The position numbers and the translations under genes were made by a program. Below the pieces are notes generated by a model, which did no database searches, was not told the origin of the DNA, and was given only the letters and a program-made list of their open reading frames with translations. DNA of 57,960 nucleotides, the filler included, from Sluysia triapertura (lineage: Eukaryota): the NCBI GenBank assembly GCA_046118255.1. It is 4 parts of 4 records of this genome, joined end to end, with 100 filler letters (N's around TTAATTAATTAA, not from the genome) between each part and the next. Parts side by side here need not be neighbours in the genome. Positions count along the whole stretch, not along the records: positions 1 to 16,938 come from JBJNIA010195266.1; 3 more parts are not named here. One strand, written 5' to 3'. Positions 1 through 14,800 of the stretch are shown here, piece by piece (within the stretch, counting starts at the first letter, position 1; each line of letters starts with the position of its first letter).

Positions 1-1498
1 ATATATGGATAAAGAAGACAAAAACCGTTTTTATTAAGCATATTGCAGAAACTAAGAGAATTATGCACAAACTTATGCCACAGAAAACAGGAAGAGTACA
101 TAACAGAGTTTATTGAGTATAACATGTAATAAACCAAGCAGTATTATAAGAAGAAAAATTTACTATATAATCAGACAAATTTGATCACAAAATGCACAAA
201 ATATTCTATATATAGATATTGGTATTATATTAGAAATGTGTATTTAACTAAAATTTATTTCATCGGGTTCATCTGCAGCGAAAGACTTGCCGAAGCATTT
301 TTGATTGATAAATTCTTAATTCTACAATATCATACTAATTAGTATAAAAATATTAACATAAAAATATTTTATTATTAAAAAATACAGTGCCAAAATTATA
401 ACAGCATAAAAATATAAAAATGTACCGATGGTAATACAAAAATAAAATTTATACTAAAGACATCTTTTAGTTTTTAAAGTTTTAAAGTTTAGTTTATCAG
501 GTTACTTAAAATTATGATTAATTTAGATTACTTATGTTTTGAGGACCTATTTAAGCTTATCCTGAAACTTATTATGAAAAAGTTAATACATCTCTATTAA
601 ATATTCCTCTAATGTGCGTTTGTGCAAATTTGTTCATCGTTTATCCGATTATTGAAGCTTTATCGGTTTTTTCTTCGCTATATGTTTTTACAATTATTAT
701 CGTTGTTGAAAATGAATGTTCTTATATACTACTTTTGTATGCTAATTTACTATGTTACGAGACAAATGATTTACATATTTCTATTTCTAAACAAATTTTA
801 ATTATTATTTTAATTCTTTATTACATATTTACGTGCTTTAATCAGCTGGAATGATTGTTTGTTTACCTTTTTTACTTTTACCATTGTAAGTATGCTTGCT
901 TTTTGTTTATTAAAGTGGTTGTGTTTGAATTTATTATCACGCCTATTTCGAACTGTCTTATGTTTATTACCAACTTCGATATCGTATTTAATTTCAATTT
1001 AGTCGCATTTGCTGTGTTTTAATGTTACTACATGGTTTGGTGTTACTTTCATCTTTAAACTTACTGTTATACTAAGTTGGTCTCGATTTTTAGTTTTACT
1101 TTTACACATTTTTATCAAATATTTACTTTTACTTTTATATTTACTTTTATATATATCCAGGAAATAAAATGTAAAATGTAAAATTTTAATGAAGTTAATT
1201 AAGTTAAATTGTTCTTTACAAAAAATCGAATGTCTTTAAACGCTCACTTAAGTTTCAAATTTTGTGTTTGTAACTAATCTAAGTTTCTTTATGGATTCTT
1301 GTCCTTCAGGATATTTTAAATTTATTTATCAATATACTTTGTTCTAATTTCAACTATAGTTTACGAATTTAAAACTCTCTAATGCTGGAATTACAAACTG
1401 TTATCTCTCCTTTTAATATTTTTTAACATTTAATGACTTCTTGACTTTTGCTAATATGAACTTTTGGTTTTCAATGATAATCTAAATGTCTTTACTAA

Positions 1499-1549
<51 letters not shown>
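1499..1549. repeat. (TTA)n microsatellite
   Basis: Directly visible run of about 16 units. Confidence 0.95.
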
Positions 1550-2630
1550 GCTTCAAGAACAACTTAAATTTTTCTAATAACTATTTTACCAGTAGATACT
1601 TTACAGCTTCACTTTATAAGTAATATTTGTTTTATATGTATTTTTATGTATTTTACTTTATAAATGTTAGATATATTTAACATTCGCACATTAAAGGTTA
1701 AATTATTTTATATTTATAAATATTACTGGAACACACAAAACGTGATGAATATCATCTCGTAAATGTGTTCTTACATTGATCTACCTGCATAAATTCTTCT
1801 TCAGTTACGTCATTAGTAGTTACGTCATTATAGAAAGTCCATTCTCTTTTTAAGTCAAAAATACTTATACAAAGAAAATAAAATTTTTAAGCTTTTTTTG
1901 TGAATAATAAAATATTGAAGAAAATATCAATATCTTTTTGTATTTTTTGGAGGAATTAAAATTGAACCCGAATTCTTTTCGATATGTTTTCACAAGTATT
2001 TTTTGATTATTAAATTTTTCAATTTGATCATAAATAAAAGTTTAATGAATAATTTCAATTATTCGAAACAATTAAAATATATTTTAGATACCCTCAATGT
2101 AAATTATGTGTAAATTGAAAAATGCCATTAAATGTTTCTATCGCTTATTCTTATTGTATTTTTCGATGATAATAATGTTGACTCATCAAAGCATAATATT
2201 TCTTTGCAAAATAATTTTAGAATGTCAAAAATTGAAATCAAACTCAATTTCAAACAATGATTTTCAAACATGTGTTCAATCATGTTAGAAAAATAAGTAT
2301 TTTGAAAAATATATTTTCGGTTATGTATTTTCACATTTTTATGCTCTCTGCGTATCAAGGTTTAAGTTGTATTTTTCTTCAATTAGGGACGGATTATTTT
2401 AATTTTGCATATTATTAATATCTTCGTGAAAGACAACAACACATAATCAATTTAATTTATTAAACTTTCTTTGAAGGAACATTGTTGTGAGAATTTAAAT
2501 CGAGAATAATTCAGAATAAATAGTGCAGATTCAACTGTAAATAAACATTTTCGACAAATCTAAGAAATAATTTTATGTATAACAATCAAATTTATTTACC
2601 AATAAAATTTTAATAAAAAATCAAATTTTA

Positions 2631-2920
2631 GGTTCAACAAATGATTCATCTATAGAAGTCTTATCAGAATATCCTTTAGATGACACAAATTATGGTGGTA
2701 TAAGAGAAACAAATCACACTACTAGAACTAAATTTTTCCGGTTTTCGAAACGAAAAAATAAGAAAGTGGAAAAAATTGGGAAAAGTAAAATGGAAAAAAT
2801 GTTAATACAAACGCACAATGCTTGTTTAATCATTGACTGTATGGCAACTCGAATTTGTGGTCCTAATTCAACTTACTTGTTGAACGATGAAATAATACAG
2901 TTTCTGTTAACTTGCTGTAA
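2631..2920 (+). CDS. Probable internal exon of an unidentified protein gene
   Basis: ttttag acceptor at 2630-2631 (boundary +/-1 nt). Open frame of about 97 codons (STNDSSIEVLSEYPLDD...IIQFLLTCCK) ends at a gttagt donor. No family recognised. Confidence 0.4.
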
Positions 2921-3479
2921 AGTTAGTCGCATATATTTCACTTATTTCTTAAAATGATAATGAAAACATGTGAAGTTTATTTTATTTCGAATGTTAAATG
3001 TTCATTTTACATGTTCATCAATTATATATGTTAACTTTTATTGAAATAATTTATATCAAGATTATTCGTAAACCTTACAAAATCTAAATGTTTATTAAAA
3101 ACATAAATGATTCAGAATAACTTTTAAATATAAATTAAAATTAATATTAGATAGTTTGTTCTTTCAACTCGTCTCTGTTACTAAACATGGATTTACGCAT
3201 ATTTAAGTCTAAAAATAACTGAACGAATATTGTAATTAAACAAATGGACATATTTGATGTTTTAAATAGGATAGTAAATTACTTAATAAAATTTCCTAGA
3301 GTCGTGCCTAGCCTTCCATAAACCATTCACCTATGATAGTATATGGTGGTTCTATTATATCGATTGTATTCGTTGTAAAATTCTTTTGAATCCAATTTTT
3401 TAAACTTTTTGCAATATTTAAAATACAAAACTTATTTAAAGAAAATTTTATTTTTATAATTATCACTAATTATTATTTT

Positions 3480-3740
3480 TGTTAGATTGTTATAACAACC
3501 TTGTAAACTCATAAAAATTAAAAATAAAAATCATTTAAAATTAATTTCCATAAAAGTAAAGTATTTTCTAAAAAAGAAATTAATTTTCGAAAAATTAAAT
3601 TTTCTAGAACTCTCGAGAAAATTCTATCAATTCCTATTGACTGATAATTAGTATACAAACTAGTAACAGTCTAATTTCAATCATAACCATTTTTGTAAAT
3701 CTTTTTATTAAATCGAGACAAAGCATGTGGACGCCATTTA
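3480..3740 (+). mobile_element. Solo-LTR-like repeat family A, copy 1
   Basis: Starts TGTTAG.TTGT; shares ttctagaa...attcctattg.ctgat..ttagtata.aaactag with the copies at 23169 and 44494. 3' end approximate. Confidence 0.55.
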
Positions 3741-3794
3741 ATTGATAAGGAATGAGATTTTTATCGTATTATCAATGAGTAAGTTTTATTTCTG

Positions 3795-4020
3795 TTAAGG
3801 CCGATTGTAAGAAGTTCCAACCCAAATTCCTGCTGTTTTGCCACTCATTTGTGCAATGTGTGGTCTAGCGTTACCGCGCAATAAGATAAGAGTCGATCTG
3901 TTGGCCAATCTAAACTGTCTTTCTTTAAGATTTTGCAACATTTCGTCCAATTTGTGATCGATAAGACAGGTTTCATGAAATCATGGACCATACTACCAAA
4001 CACTCATCGTTAGCTTCCTT
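3795..4020 (-). mobile_element. Mariner transposase fragment
   Basis: Broken translation RKLTMSVW...LDEMLQNLKERQFRLANRSTLILLRGNARPHIAQM...QEFGLELL matches the mariner KKxMxSVW / LLHDNARPHxA / ELGWEVL motifs. Confidence 0.7.
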
Positions 4021-5129
4021 TGATGAATAATGTACTTTGGAGTGTTAACTTGGGCAATATTATTAACGACAAATTTTGTTTTTGCCAACTTACTACTTTC
4101 CTTATGCGCGATTTTGTAAGACGTAAAAGCGAATCTAATTTATATTTTATGAAAAATTGTAATTTGTTATATCGCTGTTTACACAGTACAAACGGATTAT
4201 GTTGATTTATAATGCAGTAAAGTTGGAGTGTCCCGAGCATTGATACTTTCTCCGAGTTTAGTCTTATAAGCGAATTTGTCACAGAAGCTAGAATGTAATG
4301 CTGGTTTTTCAACTGGTTTATGTCATAGCTTACACTTGAGGCAAAGTTACTCCGTTTTGGCCTTGCTTATAAAACAGACTGCTGCATTTATGTAATTGTC
4401 AAATTTTATTTTGATGTCCAATAGAAGTGTTAATGTGACTGGCTCTGAGGATTAATAACATTGGATGAGCAGTTTCAAAAATTTATTTTTACAGCTGTTT
4501 TCATCTATACTGTGAAATCTAAGCTATTTTTGTTTACATGTCACCTTTTGAAATATTGACAGCCTTCGATGCATCTTTTATCTTGTTTGAAATAGGATTT
4601 GTAGATTCGGAAGCTTTTTTTATCATGGTATTTGCATAATGACGTATGAATATTACAATAAAACTAACTTTTTGTAAAAAATAAAAATATAAATATAATA
4701 AAAACATTAAATAATAAGTTTATATTTTAACATACCTTCCACATATATTAATTTATTTTGGTTAAAGATTACTGATTGGAAGATTTCAGGAAGATAAAAA
4801 TGTGTAGTTGATTGAAGTTGTGCATAAAAATTCGAAAAATATTTGTAAATAATCATTTTTATATATTTTTAGAATATTTCAGAGTTGGAACACAACTATT
4901 TTAAATCTACTTTTTAGTTAAATATGTAACTCTGATTTCTATATGAAATCGGATACTTACATTTTTACCACGCATTCTTAATTATTTACACTAATTTAAA
5001 ATTGATATAATTATTTAATTTAGTTTTCTGGTATTGTTGGATCTACTTCTAATAAATACTATACACATTTGTGGATGATAGTATTACGATCGATTCTATG
5101 TTTCGAGAAGTTTGCTTTAACAAGTTTGT

Positions 5130-6800
5130 ATTATATTCGTTTAATCACAGTATAATCCAGCTTGTGACTTTGTGATTTGCATCTTATAAATGAAATAGTA
5201 GTTATACAATCAATTGTTGATAATATTTCTATCGAGTATAATTGAGCTTTTATCATTGCATTTGGAGTTATTAAATTTGAAATGGATTTTTTAATTTTTG
5301 GTTTATTTACTCTGTGGATAGAGCATGGGTAACTTATGTTGCTGTCTTTGAAAATGACTCCTTTAGCTTTATTGTATTCAGTAGTACTAGAGAGTAAGGA
5401 ATAGCATTTGCAGCTCAAAAATATCTATTCAATATCTTTTACTTTACTTTAACTTTCGTCTTTAAATTTACCTATTATATCTTGAAATTTAATAGTATTA
5501 TTATCATATTACGTGTCATGTCATTCAAATGTGAATGATGGTAACATAGCCTCAACGTTTTCGTCATTCATATGTATGACAGTAAGAAAATAAAAAAATC
5601 TAACGTTAATAAAAATGTGAGAGAAATTAATTAAATCATTTCTTCTACAAGAAATCTACAAATAAACGTATCATATGTCACCGAACAGTGTTTGGCACGA
5701 AATGTGATAATCATTTCATTAGTGCATTACAAAAAACTATCAGTCTCACCAGCCATAATTTCAATCTTATAATTAAATTACTGATAATATTTTCTAATTT
5801 TTCATGTTGTAATTGATGCATTCTTAATTTACTCAAATCTAAAACAGTTTGCCCTACATAACTCGTCTGTTAAGTACTTTTCCCAATAAAATCGCAATCA
5901 AATTGAATTTTAATTGAATTTTTAAAAATGGCTTTACTTGTTGTACACGTACAAAATCTAACATTACTACGTCGCTTTAAATTGTTTTTAAACTTGTAAA
6001 ATGTTTCTGGAATTTTGTTTGTCGTTATAATCAATATATTTTTTAAAATACCAGTTTTATTACATTTAACTGCTCTATGAATTTTTCTAACAATTACTCC
6101 TAATTTTATATACATTTGCAGGATAGACAATGCACAGTATAATTAAATTTAGGTTCATAAATTTGGTGAACATTTATATTCAGAGCTAAAGGTAAGTCAT
6201 CTAACTTATCAGGTACGTTCGAAAGTGTTTACAATATCTATATTTGATAAATTTATAACTAATTAATTTAATTTAATTTATATCATATATTCATTCGGAG
6301 CCATTATGAAATTATTATATTATTAATATCTATGTACAATGAGCTAAAATTATCGGCCTTCATTTGATGTTGTTGACAAATGTCATTCCACTACACACAC
6401 CATTTTCGAAAAAAAACTAAACATATTAATGTCATCTTTTGATTTAAGTGTTGATGTTAATTGATCGTTATTTATGGCTGCTTTCCTAAATACTTCAAAA
6501 CTATCAGCCAATAAATGTGCTTAATTTTAAATAGGTCCTCATGTAATCAAATAAATTATCACAATTTAATTAAATATAGAAAAATTTCGTTTGAAATGGT
6601 AATGTAGACATTGTGCTAGATAAATTTGCTAAACTACTTCCTAAAAATAGATTGAAATTTTTTTTAATTATTTAGTATCAGCAAATAATGCTTGAAACTT
6701 TTCTGAACTTTGTGGTATACAAGTTATTTCCCAATTTATTAATTCAACGAATAATTAAAATTTCCAGTTTTCATAGCATTGTGAATACTTTGTGATATTA
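5130..6800 (-). mobile_element. Possible Penelope-like element remnant (RT plus GIY-YIG)
   Basis: KGVIFKDSNISYP resembles GVIYxIxCxxC. LLADSFEVFRKAAI weakly resembles Penelope RT. Very degraded. Confidence 0.3.
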
Positions 6801-7857
6801 CCTTTTCAAGTTCAGGTCAATGGAAATAAATAAATAAATAAATAAAGCAAACGAATTCGTGCTTTTTTATTTTTGAAGAATTATTGGTTTAATTTCAACT
6901 CATAATAAATATGCAATAATTAATTTCTTTATTTAAGGAGGAAACGTGTTTTATAAATGATATTTCATTATGATTTACTTTCTGTTAGATATTAATGCAA
7001 GTGACGCGGTGCGAAAATCTTACCTGTAATTCTTGTTTTAAAAATTTTTAAATGAGCGAAATATATATCACTTACATATACAGAGTAGCTTGCAGCTCTT
7101 ATATGCCAGATTAGTTCATAGCACTATCAAAAGTAGTTTATATTAACCTCTTAATTATATAATAAATTACACTTCGGTCCAAGGAAAAGAAGGCTGATCT
7201 AAACCGCCACTTAATTTATCCAATTGGGAATGTGTGACACATCGTCACAAGCGCACACAAAAATATTTATATTCATGTTTATTTTTATTCAAAATGAAGA
7301 AAAAATGATGACAAGTTTTCGAAAAACTACTCATTTAGAACCAGCACAGAATTTGCGAGTTTCATGAAGTTTAGTTTAGAATTTTCACTGAGTTTTCAAT
7401 TTTGCGTACGAATTTTTGTATAAATTTAGTACATTTTATAACAAAAGTTAAATTACAATGAAATCTGCAATCGTACAATAATCTAAATTGATAGTGATAT
7501 AAATAAAAATCTACAACAATTTAAATTCATCTAATAAGCATTATCTGTTTTATTACTTTAACTCTAATGGTAATGAATATAAATCTTTTACTTAGGTTAT
7601 TAAGATATTGTTTCTCTTTACAGTATCATCAGTAACTAGAGCTTTATGCATATCTTATCAGTGTCCACATTGCGGAATTTAGTTCCAATTGGTCTCTGAT
7701 GTTATGTTTTGTAGTTAAAGTAATTAAGTCTCAATCCAAACGAAATTTTATTACTTAGTTACTTGGTACTTATTGCATAACTATCTGTTGTCGATATAGT
7801 CGTAATTTGTGTTTCATTTGGGATAGTTAATTATATAGGCGTAGAAAGTATAAATAT

Positions 7858-8257
7858 TAAGGTGACCAGATTTTTAGATGGGCAAAGCGGAACAACTCTG
7901 AAGGAGGAGGAAGTATCAACAAAAATTTTCATATAGAAAAAAATAATATAACACAATAACATAATAAAATAATTTAACATAAGACTTACCTTAATTTTCT
8001 ATGGTAAATAGCAGATTTGTAATATTTGTTTAATTAGCTTGCTAGCACGCAGTACGAACACTAAGTTTGTCATCTGAGAGACAAATACAATGTAACTAGG
8101 TAGCAAAAGCAATATGTTAGTCGTCGTAGCCCGTAGGATTCTTAAAGCACAAAACAATGATTTTCATAAATATAAAATTTAACTTAATTCTAAAAGTCAG
8201 GACTTTCGAAAAACGTCGCGGAACGCGGAACAAATTGTGAAAAATCTGGTTACCTTA
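7858..8257. mobile_element. 400-bp non-autonomous hAT element (MITE; TA(A/G)GGTGACCAGA-type TIR)
   Basis: TIRs taaggtgaccagatttt and aaaatctggttacctta. Perfect 8-bp TSD ataaatat at 7850-7857 and 8258-8265. Confidence 0.88.
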
Positions 8258-8636
8258 ATAAATATGGATTTATGCCAGTTACGAGTATATAGCAATATGA
8301 ATTTGTACAATATAAATTTTGTGTTAGCAGTAAATTACTCCACCTTTGTGACTGATTTTATTCTGTTTAATAGTTGCATTCTATAATAATTTTTCTATAG
8401 TTAATTTCTCTTAGACAGCCAATTTCTCTCTCTATAGGTAAAATAATATAAATGATCTTAATATATGTTTCATCATTACAATATGGCCAAATTCATTTAT
8501 GTATTAATTAAGTTTCTTCTGTAGTGTTGGTTTAGTACATTTATTTTTCAGAACAATCAAATTATACATATAAATTTAATTTTTTATTGAATGAATTTTA
8601 CATAATTTGATTTAAAATAAATTTTATATTTTTAGA

Positions 8637-8742
8637 AGCCTGTAAAGATAAAATATGTGAATATCTTCACAATATCAATCTACAAATTCCATTTAGTCAT
8701 TTAGAAACATTGGCTAATTCTGATGATGCGATAAAACGACAA
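8637..8742 (+). CDS. Possible isolated exon (ACKDKICEYLHNINLQIPFSHLETLANSDDAIKRQ)
   Basis: ttttag acceptor, open frame and gtagga donor. May belong to the same gene as 2631-2920. Confidence 0.3.
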
Positions 8743-9089
8743 GTAGGATTTTGTTCACAATGGCTGTTAGATAATACATGTTTGTTTATTTTTATAGATT
8801 TGTCAAGTAAAATTTTAATAACTTTCTAATATGCATATATGTAAAAGAAGTTTATATTATCTTGGATATTGCGTTCAAAATTCGTTATGTACTTATTAAA
8901 TAGTTTCAAAACTGATGATAAACAATTTATTTACTTATACCAATTGAACGAATAATTTCAAATTAATTATTTATATATAAATTCAAATTAAAATAGCATT
9001 TAGAATATCTTTAGTGACATAATTATAAAATTATAATTTTTAAATAAATATTGTAAACATATTGTAAAAATATAAGTATATTATTATCT

Positions 9090-10030
9090 GTTAAGTTGTC
9101 TATACTGTGAAGTAGGAGGTATACATTCTAGATCCACTGGCATTTTCGAATGTTGTAAAATACTTAGCATTTCCTAATTTATCTAGCATTTTATCAATTC
9201 TTGGTAATGGAAATGCATCTTTTCTCCTTATTTTATTCAATTCTCTGAAATGTATGCAGAGTCTTATGGTTCCATCTTTTTTCTTAATTAATAATACTGG
9301 TTAAGAGAATGGTGAGAAGCTTGGTCTAATAATACCCGCTTTCTTCATTGTTTCAATTTGATCTTTTATTCGGTATGGCTTCTTTCTAATAACTTTATCT
9401 TCAATTAATGGAATTTCATGTTTTATAATTACGGAATCTCTATCATATTTATTTTTAGCAGTTGCCCAACGATATCTATAGAAAACTTTATATATTTCTT
9501 TTTGTTTGGTTAGATTCTTATTTTCTATTTGAATTTCGTCATAATCTTAATCCTTAGTATCTCTTCGTAATCTGATATTCTTATTTTTGGTTTATCATTT
9601 GATATTACGTTTATTTGTGATTTTAATTTATAACTTACTATTTCTCATAGCTTAGTTCCGGCGCATAACCATTTATTTTCATCTGTAGAATTTATTATTC
9701 TTATCGGATTGTTTCCATCACGAATTCTACAAATGGAATCTCTCTTGATTATTTTTCGGTACTATCATTGGATCATTATTGGATCATTTCTTAAACTGCT
9801 TGTTTTTCCAGGTATTACATATTCAGTTCGACTTAATATAACATCATCATCGTCAATTGATCGGTTAGTATTACTATCCATTAACTTTGTCTTATCAAAA
9901 TCTAATGAAACTCTATTCCTTATATCATATCTTCTGGACATTTTCTCATCACCCTACATTTTTCAATTTTATTTTTTCCTATTTTGCATAATATTTTTAA
10001 TACTCCTAATATTTCAATTTCATATCCTTT
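9090..10030 (-). mobile_element. Ty3/Gypsy LTR retrotransposon pol remnant (RT N-terminus and upstream sequence)
   Basis: KKPYRI..QIETMKKAGIIRPSFSPFS*PVLLIKKKDGTIRLCIHFRELNKIRRKDAFPLPRIDKMLDKLGNAKYFTTF is a classic Gypsy RT segment with a stop codon. Confidence 0.88.
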
Positions 10031-11639
10031 GATATTTACCTTTGCTAATTAGTACCGATCTAACCATTCATCGAATGCGATGGTAGCTAACTCGTGCCTA
10101 TTAGGTCAGCACAAGTATTGATGTGATCCGCTAATTAACATGTTCGTAGTAATATGAATTCAAAATATTTGTATAATACATAAAAATTTTCAAGTGATAG
10201 AATTTGACTAAGTAAGCGTGTTTTCTTGGATTGTGTAATCCGAATTTTTTGAACTTAAGCTAAATCATATTCTTTGCATTTACGTTTTTTATATCCCAAT
10301 GATTTTGCGTCATAAGAAGATTCATAAACTGCGGCCTTTTAAGTTTTATACTTTACACGAACTTTATCTTATCAATTGAACTAAAAATTTATTAGTTAAG
10401 TGTCTAATAATAAGTAATGTCACTACCTGATTTTCTCGAAATAGTGTTCGAATGCCAACTTTTACCAAAATCACGCAGCTCAAGGGTAATTTTTGATTGT
10501 ATCAAAATTAATATTCTTTTGTAAAATATTTTATCAAAATCTTGTAGATTAATATTAATATTTTGATTAAAACCTCAAAATCTCACAGATCTAAATTAAA
10601 GTTCGATTAATATTCTATTGTAAAGTCGGGAATCTCGTGGATTGTTTTTTTTGTTAAATTTTAAACTTTTAACTCCTACTTATTTTAATTACTTAATTAT
10701 ATATTACATACTGTCCCTTCCTTTAAATTCTTTATATAATCCTGCATGTACTTATTATTTACTATTGCTCTTTATTGTGGTCGTTATAGTTTTAATTATA
10801 ATTTTATTAATTAATTAATTTTAATTTTAATTATAATTTAATTATAATTTTATAATTCAATACATACGTTGATGAAATTCGAATTAGCTTTGCGTAATTT
10901 ATTAAATATATTATCAAAATTCAGAATGGCTTTATACATTTTATTAATTATGTTGTTACAATTACAACATCTACGTAGAATTAAACTTTATAAGAATAAT
11001 AAAAGTCTTTCATTAAGTATAAACAATTGAAATGGGGGCAAAAAACAATATCGTTCACATGTTACTCTTGAAATAAAACGTGGTTCAACTAAAAAAATGT
11101 TAAGCATATACCACTTACATATAGCATCGATAATATTTTGAACTAGTTTGGCATCAATGTTATGTCTAGTAGAAATCTTCATCCAAGAGGCACTTCTTGT
11201 ATCCGTTTTCTACTGTACGTCTTTCAAATTTATCTTTATCAACACAAGCTTTTTGTAACTCTCTATATATTTTATTTAATGAAATAAACGTAATATATTT
11301 AATAAACGTACTATATTTAATTATTATTAATATTACTTCTATTTATAATTTGTAATATACATATGTTGGTTTGCAAATGCTTGAATGTGCTCAACTAACG
11401 CTTTTATCAGATGATAATTTGCTTTGCAAATAGTTAGGCTTTATGATCTTATATATTATAAAAGTTAGAATATATTTGAATGAGCTCTTAATCTCTGATA
11501 GTGGTCTAGTTCAAGCTTTGTCTTATAGTTAGAAAATAATATACTTTAAAACTAGAGTTTTATTTGGGCATTGAGGATCTTTAAAGACTAAATCTTTAAT
11601 AATACTTACTCTCTATATCAATATTGTTGTGGTTTTATA

Positions 11640-11800
11640 TGAATTATTAACAACAATTATGAAAATAATCTACGGGTTCACCTGTAATTTGTGATTTATA
11701 TCTCGCGGAAGACACAATTACAGGATTTAATCAAATCGCTACGCAAAGTTTCTCTAAACTTTGTGTTGCAATAAAAATGTTATTTACGAGGGTCTTTAAT
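11640..11800 (+). repeat. Dispersed repeat family C; inverted homologue at about 49325-49460
   Basis: acaattatga...gggttc.cctgtaatt..gtgatt.atatc...ggaagacac...gctacg...gagggtc present in both copies. Confidence 0.7.
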
Positions 11801-14800
11801 GTCACTTAGGTGAATTTTTTATGTAACGTTTCACAATCCATAAGACTGTTAATATTAACTTTATTTGATCAAAGTACAGATCAAAGTACTTCGATTTTTG
11901 CAACTATGATTCAGAAATACAAATCAAAATAACAGAAACAGATATTGAGGCACATTACATATGTATTAATCCAGAGAGATTTAATTTCAGTACATGGGAA
12001 ACACAAACACCTAATACTTAATACAATACTTTGTAACAATTTACAAAGACTTCATTTTCAGACTTTTACTTACTAATATGCGTAATAAGTGAAGCGAAAA
12101 TTATTAAATAACTTATTATTCAATACAATGCGATAAAAGTGATTCAAAAATTTTAGATTTGTTAAGAAAAGCAGCAGCACTATTTATTATTGCATTATTT
12201 ATAATTCTCTTAATGATTATGATGTTCATTATGAATAAATGCAATTATACAAGTTCATCATCTAATGGCGATGATAATAATCACTATTCAGTTCCAAGAA
12301 TTAATCGAATTTCTGCTCCTCCAAAACCACCATTGCCGCCAATAATTTCCGTTATACGAATATAATACGGAATACAAATGTCATAAGTTTTACTTTGTCT
12401 TTGTTTAACATGTATTACTAGTACATATTCATTTAAAATAATAACATAAATTAAACCAGAAAATGTTCTACAACATTCAATTATCCATCCAAGTAAAAAC
12501 TGGTGAAATATTAGCTATTGCTAAAAACATAGAAAATTCACTCACCTATTCATAATGTGCTGTTTAAAAATTGATATATTACATCAACCATTCCTTATAA
12601 AAACGATAAAACACCACTGGATCATAATTTGTGAAGAACTAATTGAATTTCAGTTATATAGAATTAACAAACCAACTAATATATACGCAATACCACTGGA
12701 TAAAGACTAAACCTTTCTATTTTTGATGATTTTAGTAACAACACTAAATGATAAACACAATCTATTTAAAATAACTAATCCTTTACTGAATAATTCAATT
12801 ATCGTAAAATATTATACCAACAAAGGATATATCTATGGATGAATAATAACCCGGCAAACAGTTAAATTAAGTTACCAAATATTGTCATTAATTTATGTTT
12901 GGATACTAATCACTAGCGAAACATATAATGTAAATAACTTTTGGCTACTTACATGACCAATAGTTAACCTAGTAGTACTACAGAGGATAAGTATTATAAG
13001 AAGGATACAGTAAAATTAACAAATAAAAATATCACTGAAATTACTAAGACATTAAGACACTGCCAAAAATCAATTCATGAACACTATATAAATACTATAA
13101 ATTCACATGCATGCATAAATTTCACTTTTTTCACTTTACAATTGAATATATGAATTGCCACTTATGCAGAACATTAGTAAAAGAGGTACAAGTATTTTAT
13201 AAAGGAAAATTTCGTCATTCATACCTACTTGAGAAAATTTCGTTAAGCATTATTATGAAAAATATTGAGGTACAAAAAATAGAAATTACTGAACCTGCCT
13301 ATCGTAATAAACAATTTAACAAACATAGTAGATATACTACCAACAACTGACGCGTTCGCAGAAACGTAACCGTCGCAGGAGACAAATATGACGTTGGTAC
13401 AAAAAAGCAGGGTTGTGTAGAAATAATTCTAAAAATAAAACTAACCGATTTCTTACATAGAAGTATATTTAATATTTTACTGTTCTTTAATCTTCCTAGG
13501 CTACATAGGCTACTAAATAATTTAATGATATAAAAATAAAATAAAACCATATAAACTAACAATTAAATTACTACAACTAATCTTTTTTATCATCTTATGA
13601 ATTCGTTCTTTTATTTAGATAACAATGACCTTACCACGAGTAACATTTCAACTTTTTATATTGGCATTGATCGTTTTCTAAAATCTAACCATAACCCCCA
13701 ACATCTTAAAAATGAACTTATTGAACACGCATCTTTTTTATATAAAACAAATTCAACCATACCTAGTACTCAATACTTTGTAAGGGTACCCGTAAGATTA
13801 CAGTCAAATGATCGCTGCCGAAGTTAGGAGGACTCTTAAAATATCAATTTTTGTAGAGCAGATCCCATTACATTTAAGAATGTATGGGTACTCGTCTATC
13901 ATTATTTCGCACTAATCAGCAAATTGGAAAGTGCATGTAGAGGTTGATGAATGTCCACAACATTTGCAGTTCCACTAGATCTTTTCAAAAATCCCTTGTT
14001 ATACCATCAAGATAAGGATAATTTATACAAATGAGGAGAAAGGATAACATTCGCACATACCCCACATATCTCAAAGCTTGATAAAAATAATTGATTTTTT
14101 TTAAACTCGCCCTCGACTTTAAGGAGAATTAGGGCTTGCTTCACACCTTACCATAAATTGTTAGATCAAGAATAAGGATTATAAACTTTTTAGCAGGGGA
14201 GCATGGGTAGCAGCATTTTACGATAAAGTACTGGTAGCCTTCTTAGCACTTTTCAGATACCATGTGGTTGGTTAAGAGGTATACTTAACCTCACTTGTAC
14301 TAATTTGGTATCTCATGAATCATTCAATCTGATTTTAAGGGCGCGAAAAGTTCCTCATGTTACTTGCGAACAACACTAAAAATATTTAATATCGCTTTTC
14401 GATTTTAAAGATAAGTCACTTTTGTCACAAATCCTCTCCCTTTTACGTTTTATTCTATTTTTCTCCTACTAACACAAATATAAACAAACATGAATGCTGC
14501 ACAGATTGTTTTCAGTTTGCTAAACCGATACCGTTTTCTCCTAATAGCATGCTACAAAAATATATAAAATACGACAATACAAAGAACAACGTTCCAATGG
14601 CACCTTCAAGTTGGTCGAGAGATCATACAGAAGACATCAAGTCAAGTTCGGCGAAAGAAAATTGGCTAGCAAAATGAGATGTATCATCATCAGAAGATTA
14701 TTCAACAAGTAAAAAAACACAAGCTAGATTCACCTGATGTTGATCTATTTGTTGATGAAAGCTACGGCTTTATTGATTAATGTCTATCCAAAAACTAATA

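Noticed and set aside
1-1000. Possible Penelope GIY-YIG tail (1-300) and LINE ORF1/endonuclease junction (590-1000, -)
   Set aside because: Only 4-6 residue resemblances (HIAETKR; FAQTHIRG), not enough to support a call.
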